Below, piece after piece: positions 51,830 to 63,600 of a stretch of DNA of 64,000 bases; position 1 is the stretch's first letter, and the number at the start of each line of letters is the position of its first letter. The stretch is from Vermamoeba vermiformis (Eukaryota): the NCBI GenBank assembly GCA_045837725.1, contig JBEWZL010000030.1, positions 310,001 to 374,000 of the forward strand, given 5' to 3'. The position numbers and the translations under genes are program-made. The notes under the pieces are model-generated. The model had not been told where the DNA came from and did not search any database. It saw only the letters and a list, made by a program, of their open reading frames with translations.

Positions 51830-53923
51830 ATGACACAGATCAACGACACTGATCAGCGTGAGCGCCTAAAGGTTTTATATGACCAATATATGTTTACTCC
51901 AGGTGCCACTTGTAATAGTGAACGAAAAAACGGACCTTCTAAGCACATCGAGTGGATCGTCAATTTCGTGGAAAGGCAACAGCAAACCTATTTACCTAGG
52001 TATGTTTGTTCGCACAATACTGGAAAAATTAAACATTAAAGTTGCCTTGTAGTGCTGAACCAGAGCTGGGTGTCAATGACACGCAAGTTGCAGATGCGCC
52101 TAGCACAGATCCACTGGTGCCTCGCCCAAAGAAAACCCTAAGGACCTTGTGCAATTTGTGTGCAATGGAAAGAGCAAGCAGACGAAAAAAGCGAAATAGA
52201 CGAAATAGAATCCATCCGTGGCCAAAAATTATTTCAAAAAGGCACCGCATCCGTAGAATTGAGAGCATTATGCTAGATATTAATGGAAAGTTGAACAAGC
52301 GATGGAAGACTAACTTGTCGGAATTATTTTCTGTTGCCAGTAAAGAGGATCGCCCACGCATCGAAGCTTTCATCCAGCAAATTAACGATGGAGAATACTG
52401 GAAGGAAGAAAAACAAAAAATTGAAGAACAATTGACAGAAAAATTACGAAAGGACCCTGAACGAGTCTTGATTGCAAAAGATGAAGGCTTAATATCAGAT
52501 CACGTTTATTGGCAATTTATCAAAGAATTAGAATTGCACAATTTAATGCCTTCAATTACAATTATCAAAAATATCAGACAAAAATGGAACAAATACGTAG
52601 TTGATAAATTACATCTAACAAAAATGACAAATTTACCGGAGGGCTATTCTGGCTATCAATTGAACATCAAGGCTGTAGTTGAACTTATCTTATCAATGGT
52701 CATGCTATTTGGTTCAGGCCAGCCTGATGATGAATTAGAGTTCAAAGTTTCCATGGATGGCCATTGGATGAACGGCAAAAAAGAGATCTTGGTTGGTTTA
52801 ATTCCCATGAATATGGGATTTGTGGTAGGTGTGCTTTCTATTGAGTAACTAGTGAGTTGATTATATTTTTTTTGGCCAGGTGCAGAACGAATACACAATT
52901 TTCCCGATCGCTCTTTTCGAGGGCGAGGAAAAGTTTGATTTTTTAAAAACTGTTCTACATGACATAACAACAAGTTTGAATCAATTGCAAATTGAAGGCT
53001 TGGAATGGAAAGACAGAAAATTTGGAGTTAAAACGATTGTTGTTGTTGATCTGGCTGGATTGTGGTCGATAACTCCTTTAGAATGTGACTATAAACAACC
53101 AGAGCTGAACAAGCAATTTTGCCCGCATTGCACAGCAACTTGTGGAACAGCATATGTCTTTGAACCAGATGGCTTGGTAGAGAAACGACAAACACTGGAT
53201 GAGGCTTTGCTTGGATGCGAGCCAAAAAATCGAAGAATTTGTCCACGTTAAACAACTCGTCACAAGGTTTGGCAAGAACTACATTGCAAGATATGGCAGC
53301 AGAAAAGTTACACCGTACATCCACTTAATTTGTGCCCACCTTGTGGATTTATTGCGAGAACATGGCTCTATTGGACGTTATTCATTAGAGGGCTTTGAAG
53401 CCCATCATAAGTTTCACCGCCGCATCTTTCAGCGCTCAACTTCTCATCGTGGATGTCGCTCTAAAATTTCCAGTATTCTGCAGATCCTGCAACGAATTTA
53501 TCGCTTAATGTTGCTTCGAATCGATCTCAATGTCCCACCAGAGCACGGTGTAACGTTTCCAAAACTCTACAAGTTTGCAAAACAAACACCACAGTAAGAA
53601 CACAAATCAACTTTCGATATCGTAAATAATATATTTATTAATAAATATTTATTAGGTTTGGTCCGCGAAAGACTATTACTAGAAAAGACGTTAAGTGGAT
53701 CAATCCAGATGAAAAACAAAATACTGCCGTTAACAATGTGCAAGAGCCATTAAATGGTGAAATTGCTGAGCCTGTAGTCACAGTGATGTTAATGGAAATT
53801 GAGACAATGCCAACCCAACAAATTGATACAAATATGGATGAGGATCAATCGTGGATTCCGGAAGTTTTCGGAACTGTGTGGCCCACTGACCACACCAGCT
53901 ATGAGCCAATCATACCCGAATAA
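51830..53923 (+). pseudogene. RAG1/Transib-like DDE transposase, spliced, with an internal deletion and frameshift at ~53245
   Basis: Introns 52000-52052, 52825-52879 and 53594-53655 all splice in frame. Motifs FKVSMDG, IVVVDLAG, FCPHCTAT and VTPYIHLICAH...HGSIGRYSLEGFEAHHK. Premature TAA at 53249-53251. Confidence 0.8.
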
Positions 53924-53998
53924 GAGGGTGCACAGTGCTTTGTTTTACGTAATAAAATAACTCATTCAAAATTTCAATCGATTTTTTTATTATCAACG

Positions 53999-55058
53999 AT
54001 GGCGAAGCGAAAGAAACGTGTATATCCATTATTGCGATATAACTTGCCACTAGCATTATACAACCTATTATGGGACAAGCAAAAGGCAACTACAAAACGG
54101 CGATCTGCGAAAACAAAAAAACAACAAAGAAGATATTTTAAAATAATAGAAGTGAATTTTGATAGAGCAACTGTTAAAGAATTAGCAACACGCGATAAAG
54201 TAACAGAATGGGTGCAAAAAAATATTTTAGCTGATGACGAATACATTTACTTTAACCAAGATGTAACACTTGTAGACAAACAAATGCGAGCAGATCGCTA
54301 CACCGTTGAACAACGCATGATAGCTAAATTTTTGAAAGACAGAATACCAGATAATTTATTATTGATTTTGGAAGCTGCCGCAATTAAATTTGAGGAGGAG
54401 ATCGCAAAAGAAGAAAAGAATACAAATGAACGAGGAGAGATCACAAAATTTACATTTCACTTAGGTTGTTGGGCTCGTTTTAATGAAAGCGAGTACGCAA
54501 TCACTACATCCGAAACAGTGGCAGGAATTAATTTTCTCACTGCGTGCACAGAGGTTTTTGCAGAGGTAACATGCGTATATGCATTATTTTTAGATTAGTA
54601 AATGTAATTTTATTTTATTTTAAAGGTCGACCGCATCTTACGAGTCAATGCACCCTCCACTTATTCGACTCTAGTCCGCGCAAATCAACAATGGCCGACC
54701 AATTTGAGCCCGTGCAAAAGCTACAAATCAATTGCATTGAATTTGGACGGCAAATCGAAGTTTCATCTGGATCATTTGGACTATTTTGATGGTAGGCGGC
54801 AACAGAACTGCAATCTTAATAACCAAACGGTCATTTATAGGATACTGTCTTGTTATACCATTTGGAAAGTTTACTGGTGGTGATCTTGCCTTTCCACAGA
54901 TCAGCACAGCTCTTCAAGCGAAGCGAGGCGATGTGGTGTTATTCCATTCAGCGCAACTAGTGCATGGTAACTTGGATAATATAGGTGGCAATCGTCGCTC
55001 GATAGTATTTTTTACTCATGATGTATTAGTACGACCGTACATCAAAGTTACCAAATAG
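53999..55058 (+). CDS. TET/JBP-family 2OG-Fe(II) dioxygenase, ~316 aa, 3 exons
   Basis: Introns 54566-54625 and 54792-54840. Spliced core SIALN...KFHLDHLDYFDGYCLVIPFGKFTGGDLAF...RGDVVLFHSAQLVHGN...GNRRSIVFFTH (HxD...H...R). Basic N-terminus. Confidence 0.8.
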
Positions 55059-55433
55059 TTCGATCTGAAAAATTGATCTCCAAAGTTTGCAGCTCGTTCT
55101 TTATTACAAACCATCATCAACCAATAAAAAACACATTAAAATGCTTCGCAAGAACCATATTTTTAACTATGCATAACTAATTGTATTACAGCCACTGTCA
55201 TCAATTTAAATCTGCGGTTGAATCCACAGTAGCACTTTTTCATCACACCACGAGTATGAAATTAAGAATATAATATATACGTGGGTAAGCGTAGTTATTG
55301 TGATATCATTTAGCACGGTGAGACTTTTGAATATTTGTAAGTGTGGTTTTTCATCGCGGATCACCGAAGAAAAGAGCTTGATCTTCGCTTTAACATAAAT
55401 TTATTTATTAAAATACTTTAAATTTGTAATACA

Positions 55434-55982
55434 CTATATTCTATTTCCTTTAAATTGTCCATCGATAATATTTCCTCGCCATTTATCAACTTTGAACTGA
55501 ATCGTGATCTCCTGTGCGTGCCAGTTATATTTGAGAATAAATGGGACCCTCCAGTTCACTGCTGTCATTAATAATGAGAAATCACTATCAAATCCTACAC
55601 AACCGGCTTCAAGAGTTGGTAAAAAGTTTCTGATCGCGGCTGTGTCGAAGCATTTGTATGTGGTAATCAGCATGTAGTCCGTGTTAAAAATTCTTCTGCG
55701 ATTTTTTTGAAGGGTGTAGGTTATGTTGTTCTGTAAGCTCTTACTGAGGGGTACGTGGAGGATGCGTTTGAAGATCGTGGTAAGCAGGCCATCTTTAACT
55801 TTCAGCTGAGAAACAAGTGAATCTGGATGCATAGCCGCAGAAATAAATGCATCGAGACGAATGGAGGCATCCTCTTCCTCGTAGGTTCTCCCCTCAATTT
55901 TGATCACGGGGATTTGGTCAACATATTGTTTTAATTGCGCTAATCGATCTGCCTTTAATCTCCGAAGTTGTCTTGCATCCAT
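55434..55982 (-). CDS. Orphan intronless 182-aa ORF inside the putative transposon
   Basis: ATG-initiated open frame with AAAATG context. CCAAT and TATAAATA lie upstream on the minus strand (~56035-56049), and AATAAA lies downstream (~55403-55408). Confidence 0.65.
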   Translation of the reverse strand: MDARQLRRLKADRLAQLKQYVDQIPVIKIEGRTYEEEDASIRLDAFISAAMHPDSLVSQLKVKDGLLTTIFKRILHVPLSKSLQNNITYTLQKNRRRIFNTDYMLITTYKCFDTAAIRNFLPTLEAGCVGFDSDFSLLMTAVNWRVPFILKYNWHAQEITIQFKVDKWRGNIIDGQFKGNRI

Positions 55983-56079
55983 TTTAAATATATATACGCT
56001 TGAGCTGTGGTATTCATTATGGCTGGTGTGCGTTTATTTATAGGATTGGTCCGCAGAATTTTTTGGCCGGTTTTTTTCG

Positions 56080-56115
56080 TTTTTACACGGTTCTACGGGC
56101 GGACGATTGACCTGA
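56080..56115 (-). repeat. Right bipartite inverted repeat: TCAGGTCAAT-N14-ACCGTGTAAAAA (minus strand)
   Basis: Reverse complement of the two blocks at 51606-51642; the spacer sequence is unrelated. Confidence 0.75.
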
Positions 56116-56216
56116 CCACGTGTTTTTTTGGCTCCCAAGACAGCAGACAAACAAAAAGGGGCTTGTTTTCGATCTCGCAACGAACGAAACACATCCAAGC
56201 TAAGCTTTTTTAAATC

Positions 56217-58369
56217 ATGTCTTTGGTCACTAAATACACCGTTCAATCCCCGAACGTCCAAGTCACCGACGAGGCTATTGTATCCAACTACACCTACAAC
56301 TTTACCAAGGTCCAAACTAACGGTAATGACGTCGTTGCTACTCCCGTCGACAAGAAGTACACCTTCAAGGTTGACCGTAAAGTCCCAAAGCTTGGGTAAG
56401 CCGACATCCGCAGTTCACGTAATAACTTTTGGGACGCTAATCCTCTATTTCCAGCTTGATGATCGTTGGTCTTGGTGGTAACAACGGTTCTACTATCACT
56501 GCTGGTATCATTGCCAACAGAGAGTAAGCCCGAAAAACGAAATATTCGCTTTCGCGTTACGCGATCTGACACTTGGATGATTCAGGGGTATCACTTGGAG
56601 AACCAAGAAGGGTGTTCAAACTCCTAACTACTGGGGCTCTGTTACTCAAGCCTCTACTCTTCGTTTGGGTGAGGATCAAAACGGAGAAGAGATCTTCGTT
56701 CCTTTGAAGAACGTTTTGCCCATGGTACGCACATTTGAACAATTAGGCCACGAATTTAATAATATGACGGGGTTTCTAATGATTACCAATTGAAAAATAT
56801 CTTCGTGTTTTTGGATTTATTATTTGCTTTGCCGGTTCTAGAACCTTTTCCTGGTCTATTTATAACCTAAATATTATTCTATTATGCTCTTATTAACGAT
56901 CTATGGCGTTAGGTTGAACCCAACGATCTTGTCATCGGCGGATGGGACATTAACAACGCTGATTTGGCTGAGGCTATGCAACGCGCTGAAGTCCTCGAAT
57001 GGGACCTTCAACGTCAATTGATCCCCTACATGAAGAAATACAAGCCTCTTCCTTCCATCTACATCCCCGATTTTATTGCTGCCAACCAAGCCGACCGTGC
57101 CAACAACGTTATTGATGCTAAGACTAAGAAGGAGATGGTCGAGCACATCAGACAAGATATCAAGGTAATGTTCCGAAAATAACTCCAACCATTCTTTTAA
57201 TGTTGCAGGACCGGATCTTCGAAACAAAAAAATGACACGTGTCATTGATAAATCAGCGTTATAATATAATTCAATAATAGAACAAATACGAGAAAATATA
57301 GATTATGCCCAGATTAATTTTTAATTACGATTCACTAAAAAATTCGTTTCTTTACTAACCGAAAGTTGCTATTTAGAAATTCAAAGAAGAGAACCAAGTC
57401 GACAAGATTGTTGTTGTCTGGTCCGCCAACACTGAACGCTTTGCTGATGTTCGCGCTGGTTTGAACGACACCGCCGACAACTTGCTCGCTGCTGTTGAGC
57501 GCGACGAGAGCGAAATTAGCCCTTCTACTTTGTTCGCCATTGCTTGCATCTTGGAAGGCGTTCCTTACATCAACGGTTCTCCTCAAAACACCTTTGTTCC
57601 TGGAGCCATCGAATTGGCTGAGCGCCACAATGTTATGATTGGTGGTGATGACTTCAAATCCGGACAAACCAAGGTTAAGTCCGTCATGGTCGACTTCTTG
57701 ATTTCTGCTGGTTTGAAGCCCGTTTCCATTGTTAGCTACAACCACTTGGGTAACAATGACGGCAAGAACTTGTCTGCTGAGAAACAATTCAGATCTAAGG
57801 AGATCAGCAAATCCAACGTTGTCGATGATATGGTTGCTTCCAACCAAATCTTGTACCAACCTGGTGACCACCCCGACCACTGCGTCGTCATCAAGTACAT
57901 TCCTTACGTCGGTGACAGCAAGAGAGCTATGGACGAATACATCAGCAAGATCTTCTTGGGCGGCGAGAACACCGTCGTCATGCACAACACTTGCGAGGAC
58001 TCTCTTTTGGCCTCTCCCCTCATCCTCGACTTGGCTTTGCTCGCTGAGTTGATGACTCGTATTACTTACAAGACTGGTATGTATTGAAGTGTCTCGTGCG
58101 ATCCAGAACTTTTATTAACGTATCTGCAATATATAGAGGGTAGCGAGGAATGGGACACTTTCCACCCTGTTCTCTCCGTGTTGAGCTACTTGTTGAAGGC
58201 TCCCAACACTCCTCCTGGCACTCCCATCGTCAACGCTCTCTTCAAGCAAAAGGCTTGCATCGAAAACATCTTCCGTGCTTGCGTTGGTTTGCCCGCCGAG
58301 AACCACATGACTTTGGAGCACAAGCTCATGAAGGAAGTTCAAGCCCGAAAGACCTTCTTGAGGAATTAA
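56217..58369 (+). CDS. INO1: myo-inositol-1-phosphate synthase
   Basis: [61 protein letters not shown] and [12 protein letters not shown]. Confidence 0.97.
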
Positions 58370-58611
58370 GCCTAGCAACAATCCTTCGAATTGTTGATCT
58401 GTAAATGTTCATTATTAGCACCATATTTTATATCATATCGACAACCAATTTTGTATCTCTTGTGAACCTTGAATAAAGGAATTCCGTACTAACACTGCGG
58501 ATGCGAATTTCTCCACTAAAAATGGCTCAGATCTCGGAACGGTATTATAGAGATAAACTTCAAAGAATTCAGGTCTAAGCGTGCAATGAACTTTATTTAA
58601 ACTAAAAAAGT

Positions 58612-60191
58612 TTACTCGTCCTTCTTCAAACGCTTATAAGGAGCATCACCAGAGATAACACGATCCAGGGTGTTGCTGATGGTCTCCTCGCTGAAGCTGT
58701 CGATCAAAACGAATTTGGATCGCTTAGCATAGTAGACGACAACACTGGGCTTAGAGCTGTCGGCAATTTCGAACTTGTCAAGGAAGCTTTGAGCTTGGTT
58801 GCGATCGACCCAAACGAACTCGAACGGGTCGTTGTGGAACTTGGTCGCGAGGGCCTTGTAGACCTTCATTTGCTCGGCGTCGACGTAGTCGTTACGAGAA
58901 GGTTTGTTTTCTTCGGACAATTGAACATCCAACAAACCAATGACGCAGATTGTCTTGGCGCAGACACTAACGAATCCGGATTAGTACGCCTGAATATGGT
59001 AGAGAATTTAATAGGTACCTTTCGACGTTGTCCTTAGTGACCTCCTCGATGTTTTTGGCCTTCTTAGTGACTTGAATGGCACTAGGGGTTGGCTTGGTTC
59101 CTTCTGAGGCAGTTGATCCAGCGCTCTCGGTGGTAGTTTGTTGAGATTTCTTGGGAGTCTCAGTGGTAGAACTCTTAGAGCTTGTCGGGGTGTATTGACT
59201 CAAGAACTCGATGAGTGCTTCGGGCTTAATCTCTCCTTCGTAACGGACTGGTTCTGCGCCCTTTGACGGCACTACCAACAAAGTGGGGAACGAGTCCACG
59301 TTGTATTGATCAACAACATCTTTGCTCTTTTGATGGACCTCACCGAAGAGGAGCTCCTTGTGGAATCTCATGCCAAGGGACTTGAGTACTGGAGGAGTGG
59401 TCGACTTGGAAGTAAATAACAAGACGTGAGGCAGATCCGCAGACTTCTCCAAGAATGTATTAAGAGCGTCAACGCTGGCTACTTTAGTGATGGCGGCTTG
59501 TAAGTTTTGAATGGCAAAGTCGGCAATAGAGCGTGCGCTTCCTGATCACGAGAAAACTTCGTTAGAGGAGGAGTGCTCCCGTAGCGAAACCTTTTATTCA
59601 TATCCACTTACTATCTCCCTTGTAAGTAGGCACTTCGTGACCTCCGGGCAAGAACAATTTCAAGGTAGGATAACCCTCAACCCTAAATGAGTCCGTTAGA
59701 TTCCAAAGATCCGTATCGTTCTAATTTGAAATTGCACTTACTTATATTTGGCGCACAAAGATTGTTCGACAGTGCAATCTACTTTGCCAATGTTCACGAT
59801 TCCTAAAGGAAGCAGAATCCGTTAGTTGGTACTGGTACCACGTCATCAATAGGAGAATTGCATTGCAATAATACCCAATAATTTGAAAATAATTTGCATA
59901 ATTCGACATTAGATATTAGTTAAAGTGCTGATGGTTTGTGCACTAAAGAGTGGTCGGATAATAAAAAACGGAGATCTTACCCTTCAAGTTCGTTCCAACT
60001 TGGTCCCAGGTGGGTGCAAGTTGTTTGCAATGTCCACACCATGGTGCATAGAATTTAACAAAGTAAGGGACCTTGGTTTTGAGGACCTCCTTGTCGAATG
60101 TTTTGGAGGTCAGTGAAACCACGTCCGCGCTGGCGAGAACTGTAAGCACTAAGCTTACGAGCACAATGGCCTGAAGTATTGATTTGTTCAT
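58612..60191 (-). CDS. Protein disulfide isomerase, PDIA6/P5-like
   Basis: Signal peptide, VKFYAPWCGHCKQLAP, VEGYPTLK and further thioredoxin-like domains. Ends in KKDE. Confidence 0.85.
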
Positions 60192-60624
60192 GGATTATTT
60201 GTTGCGTTTTGAATTGAGTATTTGAAACTATTGAAACAGAGGGAAACAAAAACAAAAAGGACAACGTGACGTCATTACTCAGAACATTATTATCTAAAGT
60301 AGCAAGTACTACAAGATGCTGTAGAATGCAAGAAATAAGCGCTGTACGCATTGCTCTCTTGTGCTGCACTGCTGAGGAAGTCAGATCCTGCATTAATCCC
60401 TCGATCACGTTCAAATGAGATTTTCTTGGGTTATATCATATTTACCTGACGACTAAATTAATAAACTTCACGAACGTGATGTTTCAAATAATAGGGTAAT
60501 TTCTAGTATGTGTTCTAACAGGGCCGTCGACGTTGGAAAAATCTCTCGTGTAAAAGTTTTTCTTTATCATTTTTTTGCTCGACCTTCGGACACAGAAGCT
60601 CATTAAACACCAGGAAACGATAAT

Positions 60625-63600
60625 ATGGAGCCTCCAGTTAAATTACAGTGTCTTGTGGAGGTTGGTGTCGATTATTAACACGGCCGGAAATGTTATTATT
60701 AAATCCGAAGTAGCCGTTTCATCAAAAATATTATGGATAATAGGCTTCGATTTAGCATATTGAAGGGTATATTTTAACGATTTTTTTATAGTTGACCTCG
60801 TTGGGCGTGGACCCAAACAACATCAACTTCCAAAAGGTTACCCTGCAGTCCGATAAGTTCGTCTGCGTCAGGGAGCCTTCCCCTACGGACCCTACTGCCT
60901 CCACCTTGGTAATTGTTGATATGAGCCAGCCTAATCAGCCTAGAAGAACTGGCATCAAGGGAGACAGCGCCATCATGCATCCAAAGGGCAACATCTTGGC
61001 TTTGAAGGGTAATTTATCAATATCCGTCGTGTAATAATTATGAACCGATTATTTTATATCGTGCCTTCATATAATTTCCTTTAATATTTCGTTTTTTCAA
61101 AATATTCAAAAAAACATTTTGAGGGCAATCTGCTCGATCAACCCTTGTGACCAACATCCAAACAATTAATTAACCTCATTATTATAGCCTCCACCGATGC
61201 TCAGAAATTACAAGTTATTAATATTACTGAACGAAAACTTGTCAAAGAACATCAGATGCCGCAACCCGTTTCATTTTGGAAATGGATTTCAGACACTACC
61301 ATTGCTATTGTTTCTCAAACCGCAGTTTTCCACTGGAGCATTGAGGACGGTAAGCGAATTTATACGCTCGATATTTTTTTTTCTGTCTAATTTTCCGATC
61401 CACAAATTTTTTAATTAATTGTAATATTAGATTCTGCCCCCAGAAAGATTTTCGATCGTGCTCCCGAATTGAGCGACCATCAAGTAATTAATTATCACGT
61501 TAATGGTAATGGTCAATGGATGGTTTTGGTTGGCATTGCTCCCAGAGTAAGTTCCGCCCGTATTATTTTCCTTATATAGGCATGAATAACGATATCTTTG
61601 CGTGCAGGACGGTCGTGTCGTCGGTAACATGCAATTGTACTCTGCTGAGCGTAAAGTCAGCCAAACTATTCCTGGTCACGCAGCCGCTTTCACTGAAATG
61701 ACTTTGCCCGGTCAAACTCAACCCTCAACTTTTATTTGCTTCGCTTCTCGCAATGACCCCGCTGCTGCTAAATTCTACGTGTTCGAAGTCGGCAAGAAGG
61801 ATACTGTCAGAAAGGCTACTGACATCTTCTTTGCCCCGAACGATGCCGCTGACTTCCCGCTCGCCATCGTTGTTTCACCCAAGACTCAATTGGCCTACAT
61901 GATCACCAAGCAAGGCACTTTGTACATCTACGAGTTGTCCACTGCCAAGCTCGTGTTCATGACCAAGTTCAGTCAAACTGTCGTCTTCACTGCTTGCTTG
62001 CACGAGGGTACTGACGGTGCCTTGGCTGTCAACCTCAAGGGTCAATTGTTGTCCGTTGCTGTCAACCCTGCCACTATCGTTCCTTACATTGTCAACACTT
62101 TGCAAGACTTCGAGTTGGCAAAGGCTGTCGCTTCTCGCGGCAACTTCCCTGGTGGTGAAGATTTGTTCAGACGTCAATTTGAGGCTTTGTTCAGAGCTGG
62201 CCAATACGATCAAGCCGTCGCTGTTGCCGTCGAAGCTCCCGCCCTCAGAACCAAGCAAACTATTCAAATGTTCCAATCTCTTCCCACCGTCCCTGGCAAA
62301 CAACCCTTCATTATGCAATACTTCCTCATGTTGTTGGAGCGCGGCAAGTTGAACAAGACTGAAGCTGTCGAATTGGCTCGCCCTGTTTTGCAACAAGGCC
62401 GAAAGGATCTCGTCGAGAAGTGGATCAACGAAGACAAGGTAATTTTTAAATTCTTTTGTTATTTGCATCTAATTATCCTAAGTCGTATGATGATACACTT
62501 CTATGATCTCTATGATTATAACTTACCTCCTACTCGAACTGAGACTTGAATATTTGAATTTCACACGATTTGTCAATCACAGAACAATCGACTAATAATT
62601 TGCACTAGTTCGAAGCCAGTGAAGAATTGGGAGATTTGTGCCGCACTGCTGATCCCAAGCTTGCTTTGAGCGTCTACGTTCGCGCTGGAGCTCAAGACAA
62701 GGTTATTCTTTTGTTGGCCGAGACTGGTCAATTCGTTGCCCTCGTCAAGTACGCTCAACAAAAGAACTACACTCCCGACTACATGGCCCTCTTGACTGCT
62801 CTTGTCGTCAGCAACCCTGCCGGTGCTGCTGAATTCGCCAAGGTTTTGATGCTCAATGAGGCTGGCTCTTTGGTCGACAAGTCTGCCGTTCTTGACTTGT
62901 TCATCAACAAGGGCAAGATTCAAGAAATCAGCACTGTCATGTTGGACGTCATGACTGGTGACAAGCCCGAAGATGGTGCTTTGCAAACCAAATTGCTCGA
63001 AGTCAACTTGTCTTACAACCCTGCCGCTGCTGACTTCATTTTGGGCCGCGGAATTTTCACTCGCTTCAACACCAAGCGCATTGCCGAGTTGTGCGAGAGC
63101 AAGGCTCTTTACTTGCGCGCTCTTGAGCTCTTCGATGACGCTCGTGACGCCCGTCGTGTCATTCAACAACACGGTGACACCATTGACAACAGCCAATTCT
63201 GGGTTGATTACTTTGCTCGCTGGGCTACCAACCCCACTGAAATGCTTGACTTGTTGCGCGACTTGTTGAAGAACAACTTGACCAAGAACTTGACCAACGC
63301 CGTCTTGATTGCCCAAAAGTACACTGCTCCTGACAAGCTCAACCCCAACACTGTCATCAAGTTGTTCGAGGAAGTTAACAGCAACGAGGGCAAGTTCATG
63401 TACTTGCAAGGCATCGTCGCTTTCACTCAAGACCCCGAGATTGTTTACAACTACATCGAGTCTGCTGCCAAGTCCGGTCAAATCAAGGAAGTCGAACGTG
63501 TCGTCCACGAGAACAACAGCTACGACGGTGCTCGTGTTCGTGACTTCTTGATGGAAGCCAGATTGCCCGATCAAATGCCTCTCATTATTGTTTGCAACAA

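Larger units (their letters stand above)
51606..56115. mobile_element. Putative DNA transposon of RAG1/Transib-like type carrying a TET/JBP gene and an orphan ORF
   Basis: AT-rich three-gene cassette between two divergent housekeeping genes, with a DDE transposase and bipartite inverted repeats at both ends. No TSD is visible, so the exact termini are uncertain. Confidence 0.7.

Noticed and set aside
55434-55982. ORF3 as a RAG2 homolog
   Set aside because: Too short, with no kelch GG repeats and no PHD finger.
51563-56122. CACGTG at 51563 and 56117 as CAC-starting RSS-like termini
   Set aside because: A 6-bp palindrome common in this genome; distances to the repeat blocks differ and the flanks (GTGGC vs TTTTT) form no TSD.
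57335-57985. 216-aa minus-strand ORF
   Set aside because: Antisense shadow of the codon-biased INO1 exon.
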